From assembly GCA_001949185.1 (NCBI GenBank), contig BDGG01000005.1, positions 1,477,249 through 1,541,248 of the forward strand: a stretch of DNA of 64,000 bases, written 5' to 3'. Position 1 is the stretch's first letter, and every line of letters begins with the position of its first letter. This document shows positions 52,401 through 64,000 of this stretch, one piece after another. The notes below the pieces were generated by a model. It was not told the DNA's origin. It worked only from the letters and a program-made list of their open reading frames with translations, and ran no database searches. The DNA comes from Ramazzottius varieornatus. Its lineage: Eukaryota > Animalia > Tardigrada. The translations under genes were made by a program, and so were the position numbers.

Positions 52401-53363
52401 AATAAATATGCGTCACTCGAGATGACGATCTGGTACAATTTACTTGCCCACGCTCAGATATTGGGCGCCGGCAAACAAACACAATATCGTTTTGAAATGG
52501 CGCACGCTTCCAGCCACTAACAGTGGAAATGTACGCCACGTAGGAACAAGCTTGCTGAGTTTGTTTGTCGAGATCTCGATTGCTTCTTTCGTTTCTGACG
52601 GACTGGGTTATGGCTTGCCTTAATAACGACTTCCTGTCTTTAGCAATAAAGAAGGATCTTCACAAGTACATCAAGAAAATGCCTTTGGAAGACCGGATCT
52701 TCATACTGGGTATCACGAGCAGTCCCACCGAATGTACGCCCAAAGGAGCTTCCGGATTTTTTAACAAGATCATACCGGTGCCTCTTCCGGATTACCACGC
52801 CCGTGTTGGTAAGGGACAGATTGACTCAACTTCCGTTTGACCGAAAGTGACGTGTGAATAAAACTGTTGTCTGGGTTTTCTAGTAATCCTCAACAACACA
52901 CTGGAGCGGCAAACTGGCCTGAACTTCCTGGCGATGGATCAGTTCCTCATCCCGACGGTAGCCAAGATAACGCAGGGTGCGACATCCACTCAGTTGATTG
53001 ACATGGCCAAAGCGGTGGTCAAGCTGGCCCATCCGCCTTTACGCGGTGCTGGCGACCAGGAGCTGGATGCCACCCTGGATAAGCGAATTATCAACTTGGA
53101 TAACTTTGTGTCTCTGACGACAGAGCTGAAGATGTTTGCTGGAAAACCTCTAGACCAGTATGAGGTAGGCTCGTTATAGCTTTGGTTTGTTTCCTAGTGC
53201 ATTTCGGTTTCGATTGTTTGACGAGAAGGGTCTGACGCAGGCGTGGTATGCCAAACTTCCCATCAACAAAGAACGACGCCTAGTCCTCGAGGACAAACTC
53301 GGTATAAATGATCCACCAGACAAGAACAAGAAGAAAGGAGGGAGCACGAAGAAGAAGAAATAG
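49478..53363 (+). CDS. IQCA1: IQ and AAA domain-containing protein 1 / dynein regulatory complex subunit DRC11
   Basis: CLDQIAHPQKRILLR, IQ motif ALRIQAFWK, GSFPDFPSVEDGGS, poly-Lys tracts, KDLTPNRTLES, degenerate AAA LLAGPPHNGKHML. Confidence 0.9.
51277..51370. repeat. Family P palindromic element (IQCA1 intron)
   Basis: GATCGTTTTTTCGAGTGGCACAC-TCTTTCAGCCAATAACAATCGAGAC-GTGCGCCACTTGAGATGACGATC. Confidence 0.8.
52374..52542. repeat. Two tandem family P palindromic elements (IQCA1 intron)
   Basis: AGATCGTTTTCCAAGTGGCGCAC..TGCGTCACTCGAGATGACGATCT followed by ATCGTTTTGAAATGGCGCAC..GTACGCCAC. Confidence 0.75.
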
Positions 53364-53825
53364 GTGAAGTCAGCATTTCGAGAAGGTCTTGAAGTGTAGA
53401 TTGATTGCGGGAATTTTTCTGTTTCTTTGTTCGAAGACTGAAGTATGATCCAGTAGTCCAGATTGTTTTTCGAGGTCTTTGTAGTCTTGTACTGAAGATC
53501 AAGGGTTGACCATGGGTCAGGGTGCAAAGTGGCTACTTGCTTCTTGATTTTTCGTTCCTCGCGATAAGATCAAATTCAGGTTTCTTCAGCTTTGCTCTAG
53601 GGCAGCACGCTACGTATTGATGCGCACGTGTCCATTCTGAACCGCATTAGAGCGGATTGAGGTTTTCGTAACTTCAGGCAATTTCGTGACCGGCCAGGAG
53701 ACTCTCACCTAGCCTTTACCTTCTAGACTTCTAGCTTTTGTGCATCGTTAACTAGTTGGAACTGGGGTTCAAGCTGAAATTGTCCTTTGTCTACTCTCGC
53801 TTGGGTTTTCCCTACCGGATCTAAA

Positions 53826-55219
53826 ATGCATCACAAGAATATCAAGAAGGTGTTGATCACCGACCCTATCGACCCTACGTTCGTGCAGTGCCTTCGCAAT
53901 GCCGGATGCGACGTAGACGAGAAGAAGCTGACGAAAGACCAGCTGATCTCCCAGATTGCCGACTACGATGCCTTGGTGGTACGCTCAGGAACGCAAGTCA
54001 CAGTCGATGTCATCGCTGCTGGGAAGAACCTCAAGCTGATCGGAAGAGCCGGAACTGGGGTGGACAACATCGATGTGCCGGCTGCTACCAAGCACGGCGT
54101 GTGGGTCATGAATACTCCAGGTACAAACCGCTAGACGATTCAATTAATACTAGTTCAAAAAATTTCCATACCAGAAACTCCAGAGAGTACTGTAAATATT
54201 CGCTGCGTCCGCGCATTACGTCATCGTACAAGTGAAGTACGGCCGCGGTCCGGTTTCACGGTTTGCGCAACCCCCTACGGGGGTGCATCGTCACGTACGT
54301 GTACGTACTGCGCGGACGGAGCAAATATTTACAGTAACTGAAGCTGGGGTCCGGAGCTGGGAAAACAGATCCGAAAAAGATGACTTTTCCTCAAGTGGCG
54401 CACCTTCTCGGTGTCACTGGCTCGCCGCGTGCGCCGCTTAGAAAAACGATCTTGCCGAACTTGCTTGCAGAGCTGCCAGTTAGCTTTGCGAACCTTCTGC
54501 AACTTTGCTATCTGCTTTGTATATAAGAAATTTTGAATTTGCTGTTTTCAGGCGCCAACACAATTTCCGCTGCTGAAATGACCTGCGCGCTCATCCTGGC
54601 GCTCGCACGCCAGATTCCGCAAGCCTGTCAGACGCTGAAAGATGGCCGATGGGACCGGAAGCTTTTCATGGGAAACGAGCTGATGGGCAAGACCCTAGCC
54701 ATCTTGGGACTCGGGCGAATTGGGCGAGAAGTGGCGACCCGCATGCGCTCGTTCGGAATGACCATCGTCGGCTTCGATCCCTTCATGCCCGCCGAAACAG
54801 CTGCTCAATACGGCATCCAGTTCATGGCTCCCGAACAGATTTGGCCTGTGGCTGACTACATCACCGTCCACGTCCCTTTGTTGCCTGAAACAGAGAATCT
54901 GGTCTGCTCGGAAGTACTGGTAAAGTGCAAGCGCGGAGTGAAGATTATCAATGCGGCTCGTGGAGGGATAGTCAACGAGAAGGACTTGTTGAAGGAGCTT
55001 GAGTCCGGACAGGTTGGAGGTGCGGCTTTGGACGTGTTTGCGGAGGAACCTCCCGGACCCGAAGTGCAGAAGCTGCTCAAGCATTCGAAGGTGGTTTGTA
55101 CGCCGCATTTGGGTGCGAGCACTACGGAAGCGCAGGAACGAGTGGCCGGCGACCTGGCTGAGCAAATTCAACAATGGATTACCACGGGAAATGCACCTGG
55201 TTTTGTGAATAAGATATAA
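53826..55219 (+). CDS. PHGDH: D-3-phosphoglycerate dehydrogenase, short form (~320 aa); exons 53826-54120 and 54552-55219
   Basis: KKVLITDP, ALVVRSGTQVT, GRAGTGVDNID, NTPGANTISAAE, GLGRIG, NAARGGIV, TPHLGASTTEAQ. Confidence 0.95.
54188..54336. mobile_element. ~150-bp TA-flanked MITE (family T, copy 2) in the PHGDH intron
   Basis: TACTGTAAATATT ... AATATTTACAGTA perfect 13-bp TIR, extending imperfectly (CGTCCGCGCA / TGCGCGGACG). Confidence 0.85.
54380..54452. repeat. Family P palindromic element (PHGDH intron)
   Basis: CTCAAGTGGCGCAC...GTGCGCCGCTTAGAAAAACGATCT. Confidence 0.7.
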
Positions 55220-56190
55220 ATCGGTTGATGCATAGGCCGAGAGAAAGCTTTTGATTTATAAGAATTTTATAACTTTGCTATTTGGTGGTGTGAAGAAGGT
55301 TTGACGTTCGCTAACATAAACGCGCAGTGCATTTGGGAAATCGGCAGATGGAATGAACAAAAACGTTGTCCCAAATGGCGTACTTCTTCGTTGGTTTTGG
55401 CTAGAAGTATGCGTCACTTCGGATATCAACCTTGTACGTTTCTTTGCCGGCCTCCCATCTTTATCCCGGAGTTAGTCACAGGCCCAATCTTATTATGGTA
55501 AAGGTAAGTATCTTTTCATAAACTTTCAACCGCGTTATATTTTTTGTCATGGGACATATGCAGTGATCTGGTCCATGAGATTGCAACCGAGCAACGTGCT
55601 GCGCGAACTCATTAAGGTCTTCAGCGTTAATCTCGAGCTCATCTTGCGAGCCATCCACATTGATGGACACTATGGACAGGAAAGAGTCGTTGCTGATTAT
55701 GCTGAAGATTCTCATGAAGGAACGTTATCCCGATCAGCATGACTGTACTGAAACGGTTGTGCTCTATCAAGTAGTTATTCAAGAATATTCTCTTGTCATC
55801 TGGAAAAATCTGCCAGTCGGATCAGTCCAGATATGCGCAGTCGGTTGAGGTGTCGGAAGGATACTTGACAAACTTGAGAACCAATCGCGGAATACCCGCG
55901 CATAGATGTTGACTTGTATTCAAGACGTGATGTAGCGACCTCCTTACATGAGTTAGTAGGTCCTCGTCTATGCGACCAAAGAAGTTGAAGTCGAAATACA
56001 GTACAAGCAGCGGTTCAGGAGAGAAAGGAACCTGAGAATTAAATAGCCGATCAAAACCGCTTCGCAGAAACCAAAACAAAGCGAGGCGGCAAAGGTAACG
56101 CCCTTCTCTAGCTGATGGAAGAACACGACTCGTGGGCCCAGTTATCTCTCGCGAGTCGCTATCCCATTTAAGTTAGAAAATTACTCGAAA

Positions 56191-59100
56191 ATGTCTACTC
56201 GAGGATTGACTCCCGTGGTTTGTAGCCTGACGAAAAATCGTCGGACAACGTTCGAGCGGATCGACAAATTCCTGTCCAAAGATTACTTCGTGGATGTCAA
56301 CTTGTACGGGAGGCTGTATCCAGCTCAGGCTCCGCTTGTTCAAATTCTTCACTGGAATGCAACTGCCTCTTCCGCCGACATAGCCGCTGACGAAATTGAC
56401 GCTGACATCGACTCGGCATCCATCACATCGGCCGACGATCACCATCATGGAGGGCCAGAATGGAAAGTCAAGGTCCCGTCAAGAGATTACTTTCGGCCAT
56501 ACAAACTGGGCGATCCCTTTGGTCCTACTTGGTCCACTCACTGGTTCATCGTCACCATCGACATACCAAGGGAATGGATTGGTAGAGAAGTTCAGTTACT
56601 GTGGGATAGTGGGAGCGAAGCTATGATATGGACAGCGGGACAAACAGAACCACTTCAGGCGTTCAGCGGTGGCGTCGATTCACAGGTATTGACGTCACGG
56701 TTTGTACTTCCGGACCGGGCTAGACTGGCTGTGTATACTGCAGCGGGCCGTGACGTTATGGATCTCCGTATCGGAGTACGCTTCAGTCCCGTTACGCTTG
56801 TAGCGTCATGTGGTGTACATTTAACCTGCGCGATTCGGAACGGTACTATCTGTGCCCTAATGACGTCATGCGCGTTTCGGGGGTCGTCCTGTCCGTGTTT
56901 GAATTCCATTTATATTAAGGGCTTACAAAGACTAAGCTGGCTTCGTGGTGTAATTACACCAGCTACTTTGGTGGATACGCCCAGAAAATTTTCTTGACCA
57001 GTTAGGAAAGCGGTGTAACGGCTCGCTCTGAAAGCCCCGGACTGCAGGTAAGTACGATCGGAGGATTATGAGATCTTTGATGTCGGAGGAACCACCGCAC
57101 ACTCACCAGTAGGACGAGTAGCGAGAAACTTCGTCATGGAAGTGACACTTGAAAGTTTGGAGGGGAGCACAGTGCACTCGGGATGTTGGTTAAGTCTGGT
57201 GTAATTACGAGTCGTTCCGGAGCGACTCATAATTACACCGAAAGTGTAATGTCTGGTGGAATGAAGAGGCCAATCGTAAGAGTGTGGGTGGAGCCAATTA
57301 CACTAGCGTTGTAATTCCACCACCGGTGTAATCTATCTTTGTAAACCCTTATTGTTTTGTGATGGTATTTATGTCGCGGTTGTTCGGTGATTATCTTTCG
57401 TGTTACTTTGCAGATGAGGAATGACTTTATCCTGTCAAAGTGCGTGAAAGAAAGTGAGCTCAAGAGGGAACTCTGGATTGAAGTGGCTTGTAACGATCTC
57501 TTTGGCGCAGGCGCCGGTGGCATGATCAACCCTCCCGACCCGAAGAAAGTGTTCAGCGTCAGGAAAGCCGAGGTCGCTGTGTTCGACCGGGAAGTCTTCG
57601 ATCTCTTTACCGACTTTGAGATCCTTTACGGTATGGCAAAACATCTACCGGAAACCGACCCGAGGAACTACGAAGCGATGTATTTGGCGAACCACATCAT
57701 CAACCTGATGAAGGTAAATCATCCGCTCATATGTTTTCCTGAAAGGCATCCCGATCTATCGAGTTCTGTTTGCAGACTCAACCGGAATTTCCGATAAAGG
57801 AACTGAGGAAGCTCATTCAAAAGCATTTCAGTCAAAAGAATGGCGACTATCCTTTCAAAATCTTTGCGTTGGGCCATTGTCACATCGACAGCGCGTGGTT
57901 GTGGCAGTACGGTGAGACCATCAGAAAGTGTGGTCGAAGCTGGATCACGATGATCCGACTGATGGAAGAATACCCGGACTATCGATTCGTAGCCTCGTCG
58001 GCACAGCAGTTCCTCTGGGTGAAACAATACTACCCGGTGATCTACGAGCAAATTAAGAAGTTCGTGAAGAATGGACAGTTCATCCTCGTTGGAGGAACAT
58101 GGGTTGAGATGGACGGGAACCTTCCTAGCGGCGAAGCCTTCATTCGACAGTTTCTGTATGGTCAGAAGTTTTTCGAGGAAGAATTTGGTCAACGGTAACG
58201 CAAACTTAAATTTCTTTCTCTCGTTACATATTATCAGTGTTATCTCTTGTTCGTAGATGTGATGTTTTCTGGTTGCCTGATACGTTCGGTTACTCCGCTC
58301 AGCTGCCGCAAATCATGCGCCTTGCCGGTATCAAGTATTTTCTGACGCAGAAGCTCAGCTGGAGTCTCGTCAACAAGTTCCCTCACCACAACTTCCTCTG
58401 GCGTGGTATTGACGGGTCCGAGGTCCTCGTGCACTTTCCTCCCGGCGACAGCTATGGTATGAGTTTGACGGTCGAAGATACACTGAAGACAGTCGAGAAC
58501 CATAAAGATAAGGGAAGAGTGCACCAGAGTGTACTCTTGTACGGATATGGAGACGGCGGTGGAGGACCCACTCCTGCCATGATCGAACGCGGAAGAAGAA
58601 TGAAGGACATCGACGGCCTGCCAAAGGTAGTACGAGAAGAAGACTACTCATGTTTTTGCTGTGATGTGAGGCATCAGTTTTATCTACCCGTACTTATTAT
58701 TAATATATTATTAATATTTTATCCAAATTTTGAATATTTGGGAGGGAAACTAGATCGTTTAGATCTGTTACATACCTGCATACAGAATCTATACGGTAGA
58801 TGTCGTAGATAGACATGCAGGTGCATGATGGGATCACAATTTGTTTTCCATCGACCTTCACATTGGTACTTCGTACAGTTTCTGCATGGTATCCATCTTC
58901 TTTTTGTTGTGTTCTAGGTTTCCTTGAATGAGTCAATTACGGACTTTTTTCACGCGCTGGAGGAAGAACAGCACAACTTGAACAGGTGGAGTGGCGAACT
59001 GTACCTGGAGCTCCACAACGGAACATACACCACACAAGCTGAGATCAAGAGGAAGAACCGCGTTGTCCAGAACCTTTTTCGTGATGTGGAGTTCCTTGAT

Positions 59101-61153
59101 GTCATCCTGTTCGCGTTCTTCGACATTCCGCCGGTTGATCGTAGCTCGCAGTGGCACGACCTGTTGCTCCAGCAGTTTCACGACGTGTTACCGGGAAGTT
59201 CGATCGGCTTGGTGAATCAAGATGCCAACAGGATACTTTCTGGATTGATTGAAACGCTCAATGACGAGTGCTTAGCCGCGTTGGCTTATCTGGTTTCTCC
59301 AAACGACTTCCAGGTAAGTTGTCTGACATCATTAGCTGCTAGCGGTTCGAGCCCAGTGCCTGTGTACTTGTCATCCGCAACACATCCGTGGTTCGATATA
59401 TGCACTTCCGTGATGCATCAACCATAATCATAGTGATCTGTCGCGGACCTGCATACTGTAAGCCTTGCTGCTTCTACAGGTTGAGCGGATGCATGTGCTA
59501 GTTAGCGGTTTATTCGGTCGCAAATTACGTCCAAACAATCTTACGGTAATCTTGTGTGTCTTTCAGAAACTCATGTTCAACTCGTCGGGTGCGAAAATTG
59601 CTTATACGTCCCCGTTCAACGCCTCTTTAGAGACTTTTACCTCGTATCTCTTACCTCCTTACAGTCTTTCGAGCGGAGCTACGTTTCTCAGGCAGTCTCA
59701 ATACACGACGAAGATCCAAAAAGAAAAGAACAGCTTTTTGATGGAAAATAATTTCGTCAGGGTTGTTCTCGATGAGTTCGGACAGATTACATCGATGGTG
59801 CTGAAAAGCAACGACAGTAAAAGCAGGGAAGATCGTGAATGCATCGAAGAGGGCGGTCTGGGAAACAACTTGGCCCTGTATGACGATGTTCCTCTGTTTT
59901 GGGACGCTTGGGACTGCATGGACTATCACTTGGAAGCTCGAGTCACCGCGAAGACCCTCGTCGACTCGAAAATAGTCGACGACGCTACCGTTGTACGGTG
60001 AGTTTTCTTCGGTCTAATTTCATCTTATTCTTCGTTCGTAATAATTATCGTCATTTTTATTTCTATAGGTATTCGTTATCGAAGGACTGTGTGGTGACAC
60101 AGCATATCCGTCTAGCCCCAGATGCCCCCGTAGTCCTGGTAGAATGCAAGGTGAACTGGAATGAAAGACACAAGTTCCTGAAGATGGAGACGGATGTGAG
60201 CATCTCATCGGAGAACAAGCGTGGGATTTATGAGATTCAACACGGCTGGGTGGAGCGACCTGTTCACCGCAACACATCGTGGGACTGGGCAAAGTTCGAA
60301 GTGTGCTGTCAGAGATGGGCGGACTTTTCCGAGCATGGGTTCGGTCTGGCAGTAATCAACACCGGAAGTCACGGTTTCTCCATTCGAGAAAACAGAATGT
60401 CGCTGTCGATGTTGAGAGCTCCGAAAGCCCCCGACTCCGAAGCTGATATGGGCGTTCATGGCATCAACTACGCTATCATGGCGCACTGGTAAGCACAGAT
60501 TCGGACGACTGTCTCTGAAGCATAAATAACGCACTTCAAAGTTCTTTGAGTGTTCGTTCAAAACTTAGATATCAATAGCATCATTTGATAAACAAAAGGT
60601 TCTCTACTCGTAATCATGCACCTGCGTACGCGTAGTCATACAGTAACAATGTTCTGTGAGTGTGCAGGTTGATGTTTCGTTTATTACATTATTGGTATTT
60701 TGTTGCAGGGGAACGTTTCAGGAAGCTGGGGTGGTTCAGCAAGCCATCGCGCTGAACGACACATGGAACGCGGCCGTGTCTGAACCATTGAGGAAAGAAG
60801 TTACGCTCATCAAGGACCATTCGCTCGACGAAGAAGTCGGAAAGCTGAACGGTCTGATAACATTCTTTGAACTGTCGAACCCTGCTGTCGTTCTGGACGC
60901 GTTGAAGTCTTTCGAGAAGGTGAAAGAGCGGGCCGTCGTGGCGAGGTTTTACGAAGCCTACGGAGGAACAGCGCTATGCCGTGTCAGTACGGCCTTACCC
61001 GTTATCGCGATGAAGGAGTGCAACATTCTGGAAGATCTCAGTGGCGAGAAGCTGACAGTGAAAGACAAAACATTCCGCATCCAGCTGAAACCTTTCGAAA
61101 TCAAGACGTTCGTTCTGTTTTTAAGCACTGACATTCCACATAAGCTTATCTAA
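56191..61153 (+). CDS. MAN2C1: Cytosolic alpha-mannosidase 2C1 (GH38)
   Basis: [105 protein letters not shown]. Confidence 0.95.
56946..57333. repeat. Cluster of (G)GTGTAATTACAC(C) palindromic motifs in MAN2C1 intron 1
   Basis: Perfect TGGTGTAATTACACCA at 56946-56961, plus partial copies near 57198, 57230-57250, 57296-57316 and 57325. Confidence 0.6.
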
Positions 61154-61408
61154 ACTACCTACTATGGTTTTGCATTTCGTTCGGAGCAGTCATAAATTAC
61201 TTTGTGATCAACCATGCTTTTTCCGTTTTCACGTCAGACTGGTTTTGTATTTTTTATCTCTTGTATCAAAATGTGATCACATATCGACATTTTTTATAGA
61301 ATACTGTGTTTGGTTATTATCAAAGCGTGGAAAGAACTAAAAGCATAAGCAAAATGAAAACAAATCCAAAGAATGTCAAGGAAGCGAGCAAGATCTTTAG
61401 TTCGAACT

Positions 61409-62821
61409 TTAAAGTTGCTGAGTGGAGTTCCCGTTGTAAGTGGCGTCTTCCGCCGAAGGTCGACGACGATGAATGTTTGATCCCAGACGCTGTTCGTGGT
61501 TTCTCTGTCCTTGTCTGCTACCAGTCGACACTCGTCCTTGATTCTGATTCTGACCAGGAAAAACGTATCGCATCAGCCTCGTTCCCCAACCGATCGGGAT
61601 GGCCAGTATCCACCAGACACTGTTGGTCAACATGTGGAACAAGTTGGCCAAGCCGGTGCCGCCAGTGGCCAGCGTATGATTTGAGCCACCACCAGCCGGG
61701 ACCACGATCAACACAGCCGTGGGCGTTAGGCCGAGCTCCAGCAGAGTCAGCCCACCCGACTCTGACTGCTTGAAGTCCTTCCGAGGATACATTTGTCTCA
61801 GCGTAATGTCTCCCTTCAACCCCGTCTCTTTCTTGGCGTAATCGGTAGCTGAACTCAAAAGATCTTTCGCTTCGAACTCCCCCACAAAAGTACGGACATT
61901 ATCGGAAGTTTGGAAGCGGAACTGAATTTTAGATCTAGTCATGTCGATGGCTGGAGAGAACGTAACTTCTCCCGGGTTCGTTACTGTCGTGGGAGGCAGA
62001 CTTGAATGCGACTCTTTATTGGCTTCGATGCGACGAGCACGGTCTTCCTTGTCCTGTTTCAGTTGGTCGAGAATCTTTTGACGGTGCGCAGCGTCTTGGC
62101 GGCGTTCTTTCTCCATGTCTTGACGAGTTTGTTCAGCGAGGCGTTCTTGACGTTGCTTCTCGGCTGCTTTGGCCAGCTGTCCGTCGTCTCGACGCTTAGC
62201 TTCCTTTTCCTTCTCAGCAGCTTCCGCTTCTTTCTCTCGACGTCTGCGGATCTCAGCGATGCGCTCTTGGGCACGAGCAACGGCAGCTTGGACGTCCGGA
62301 GTGGAAGCCGTGGCTGGAACTGAAGAGGAATTATTATCAGGGTTGACATACTGTGAATACAAATCATCTTCAGGATTAGGGTTATTTCTAACGACGGTAG
62401 AAGGTTGTTGGTGAGTCCCAGCGATGTTTTGTGACGATGAAGATGCTGTGGGGATGTCGGTGCGTTCGCGCTGCCACGTGTCCAAACCTTCCAGTAGATC
62501 GTTGATGAAGCTTTCCTTATCGACTGCTGTGGATGTGAAGAGAAGGAGACCGTTAGCCCCGTCGATGAACTGGATGGCGGGGATCGAAGCAACGGGGTAA
62601 ATGGAATGGAGGTTCTCGTAGTCGCGAGTGCCTTGTTCGATGCGGATCAAGAAGACATCTTCGCCTTTGGAGCGGATGATCGAGACGACGTCGCTCTGCT
62701 CCAAGATCTGTTCCACGTATGCAGAATCCCCGTTGTTGTTTCTGATGAAGACGACTAAGACACCTCTCCGCTGCTTACACAGCTGGATGGCTTCTTCCAC
62801 TGACTTTTGATAGAAGGCCAT
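61409..62821 (-). CDS. UBXN4: UBX domain-containing protein 4 (erasin), intronless coding region
   Basis: Thioredoxin-like N-terminus (IYPVASIP), coiled coil, UBX (KIQFRF..YPRKDF..LLELGLTPTAVLIV), membrane hairpin, C-terminal TYNGNSTQQL. Confidence 0.93.
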   Translation of the reverse strand: MAFYQKSVEEAIQLCKQRRGVLVVFIRNNNGDSAYVEQILEQSDVVSIIRSKGEDVFLIRIEQGTRDYENLHSIYPVASIPAIQFIDGANGLLLFTSTAVDKESFINDLLEGLDTWQRERTDIPTASSSSQNIAGTHQQPSTVVRNNPNPEDDLYSQYVNPDNNSSSVPATASTPDVQAAVARAQERIAEIRRRREKEAEAAEKEKEAKRRDDGQLAKAAEKQRQERLAEQTRQDMEKERRQDAAHRQKILDQLKQDKEDRARRIEANKESHSSLPPTTVTNPGEVTFSPAIDMTRSKIQFRFQTSDNVRTFVGEFEAKDLLSSATDYAKKETGLKGDITLRQMYPRKDFKQSESGGLTLLELGLTPTAVLIVVPAGGGSNHTLATGGTGLANLFHMLTNSVWWILAIPIGWGTRLMRYVFPGQNQNQGRVSTGSRQGQRNHEQRLGSNIHRRRPSAEDATYNGNSTQQL

Positions 62822-63752
62822 CCTGGAAGAATAAAGGAACTCTTTGCAGGCTGATGCAAACAGCTGATATGGAACGGATTCCTAGCGCCTACAGAACCTG
62901 CTTTCGCACTTACGTCGATGATTAAAGTTCCGAAGAAGAGCTCCAGACCTTTGGACAATCGCTGGGACTAAGAACAACCGGTCGTAAGCGGAGTGCGAAG
63001 TCGCCTCTTCCGAGTACCGATCTCGCGAAGCTGGAAGAAAAATACAAAAATATAATACGAATACGAGGTATCGTTTGGCAGAAGGGCGGTCCCGGGGCAG
63101 AACGTCGAATTTTAGGGGATGACTTGAGAGAAGCCTCTCCAGTTTCAGAGATTCGCTTCCACAAAGGAGTCAAGCCGATCGCTAAAGGATGGTTCGGTCA
63201 ACGATGGTCTTCTCGCCATGCACAGAAGAAATGAGAGACATTCTGAGCCAGGTACCGTCAACTCTTTACAGACCACGAGACTTTCCCCATGCTTTCGTCA
63301 CGCGAGGTGCTTATTCGCCTGAGCGTACCGCGATCGGGTTCCTGTATAGTGTAGATTCGGGCACTTTCGAAGCACTTGTAGACTATCAGCTACCTGTACA
63401 TTAAAGTAAAACCGTTCAGGACGGGAGTCGACAAAGTAGCGAAACATATCTTCGGTTATGTGAACGACAGTATGTCTTCGAGATTCCCGTTGATGATAAC
63501 GGGTTATCCGACCACGAACCATGTGTTGACGCCCGCTGGGAAAACAATGTACGCCCGCGAAAGTCCTTCGAACGCTGCGAACAAGCATAGATACAAAAGT
63601 TACCCTTACCCGCCTGTTTGAACTGAGAGTGACACAATTTTTTTTGGGCCAGCTTGCTATGCAGAACAGTTTCTCAGTTTCGCTGTTTTTCCAAGAACGT
63701 TTTGCTTAATCACCGGATAGATAGAAGAATAAAAAACAGTTGTGATAGCTGT

Positions 63753-64000
63753 TCAGAGCCAGGCATCTTTCGAAGCTAGAAAATCATCGTCATGTATAAA
63801 AGGCAGGTCAAGTGACTTGATCAAGGCAGTCCCACAGAACAGACATTCATCAGCAATAATATCCGCCAGTTCCATCCTGAGTTCATCCCGTCGACTGATG
63901 GCATGCGCCGCTGCAGACGAGACCGAATACATGGACGAAGCGTCATCGTGGTCCTTCAGCTGGTCGATCTGCTTCCTCAAGTCATCCATAAGCACCAAAC
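63753..64000 (-). CDS. VPS18: 3' end of vacuolar protein sorting 18 (HOPS/CORVET); partial
   Basis: LADIIADECLFCGTALIKSLDLPFI...AWL* is the characteristic VPS18 C-terminus. Confidence 0.8.
   Translation of the reverse strand, partial: LVLMDDLRKQIDQLKDHDDASSMYSVSSAAAHAISRRDELRMELADIIADECLFCGTALIKSLDLPFIHDDDFLASKDAWL

Noticed and set aside
53826-55219. PHGDH lacking regulatory ASB/ACT domains
   Set aside because: Short PHGDH forms are already known in invertebrates; not novel.
19881-55432. CRISPR-like reading of the palindromic repeats
   Set aside because: Copies are dispersed rather than regularly spaced, the context is eukaryotic, and no cas genes are present.
1-64000. tRNA/rRNA genes, intact transposases, or bacterial HGT/contaminant segments
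   Set aside because: None recognised by eye; identified genes have metazoan-type sequences and most have spliceosomal introns. tRNAscan and Infernal were not run.

Overview
Gene-dense eukaryotic (animal) DNA with short GT-AG introns, about 47% GC by eye, and one 50-N gap. The compact layout and gene content suggest a small-genome invertebrate, probably a eutardigrade such as Ramazzottius; this is inference, not verified. I built about 22 spliced protein-coding genes by hand. In order: an intron-containing histone H2A variant with a ~160-aa tail, a CCDC89-like coiled-coil protein, a secreted RxKR-cleaved glycine-zipper polyprotein, a corazonin/GnRH-family neuropeptide precursor, a secreted Cys-rich orphan, an astacin-GST-GST-astacin cluster, class IIa HDAC, a furrowed-like CCP/F-lectin/C-lectin receptor, gankyrin, CNPY3/4, METTL18, an orphan, an F-type-lectin membrane protein, a truncated LSM12 (absent from the ORF track), a short COMMD7-like gene, IQCA1/DRC11, PHGDH, MAN2C1, UBXN4 and the 3' end of VPS18. 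Non-coding DNA holds several MITE-like inverted-repeat families, including ~10 copies of a short palindromic element. The best novelty candidates are the ~278-aa H2A.X-like variant with a multi-SQ/TQ disordered tail, the glycine-zipper multi-peptide precursor, and a corazonin-like precursor co-encoding a second amidated peptide.
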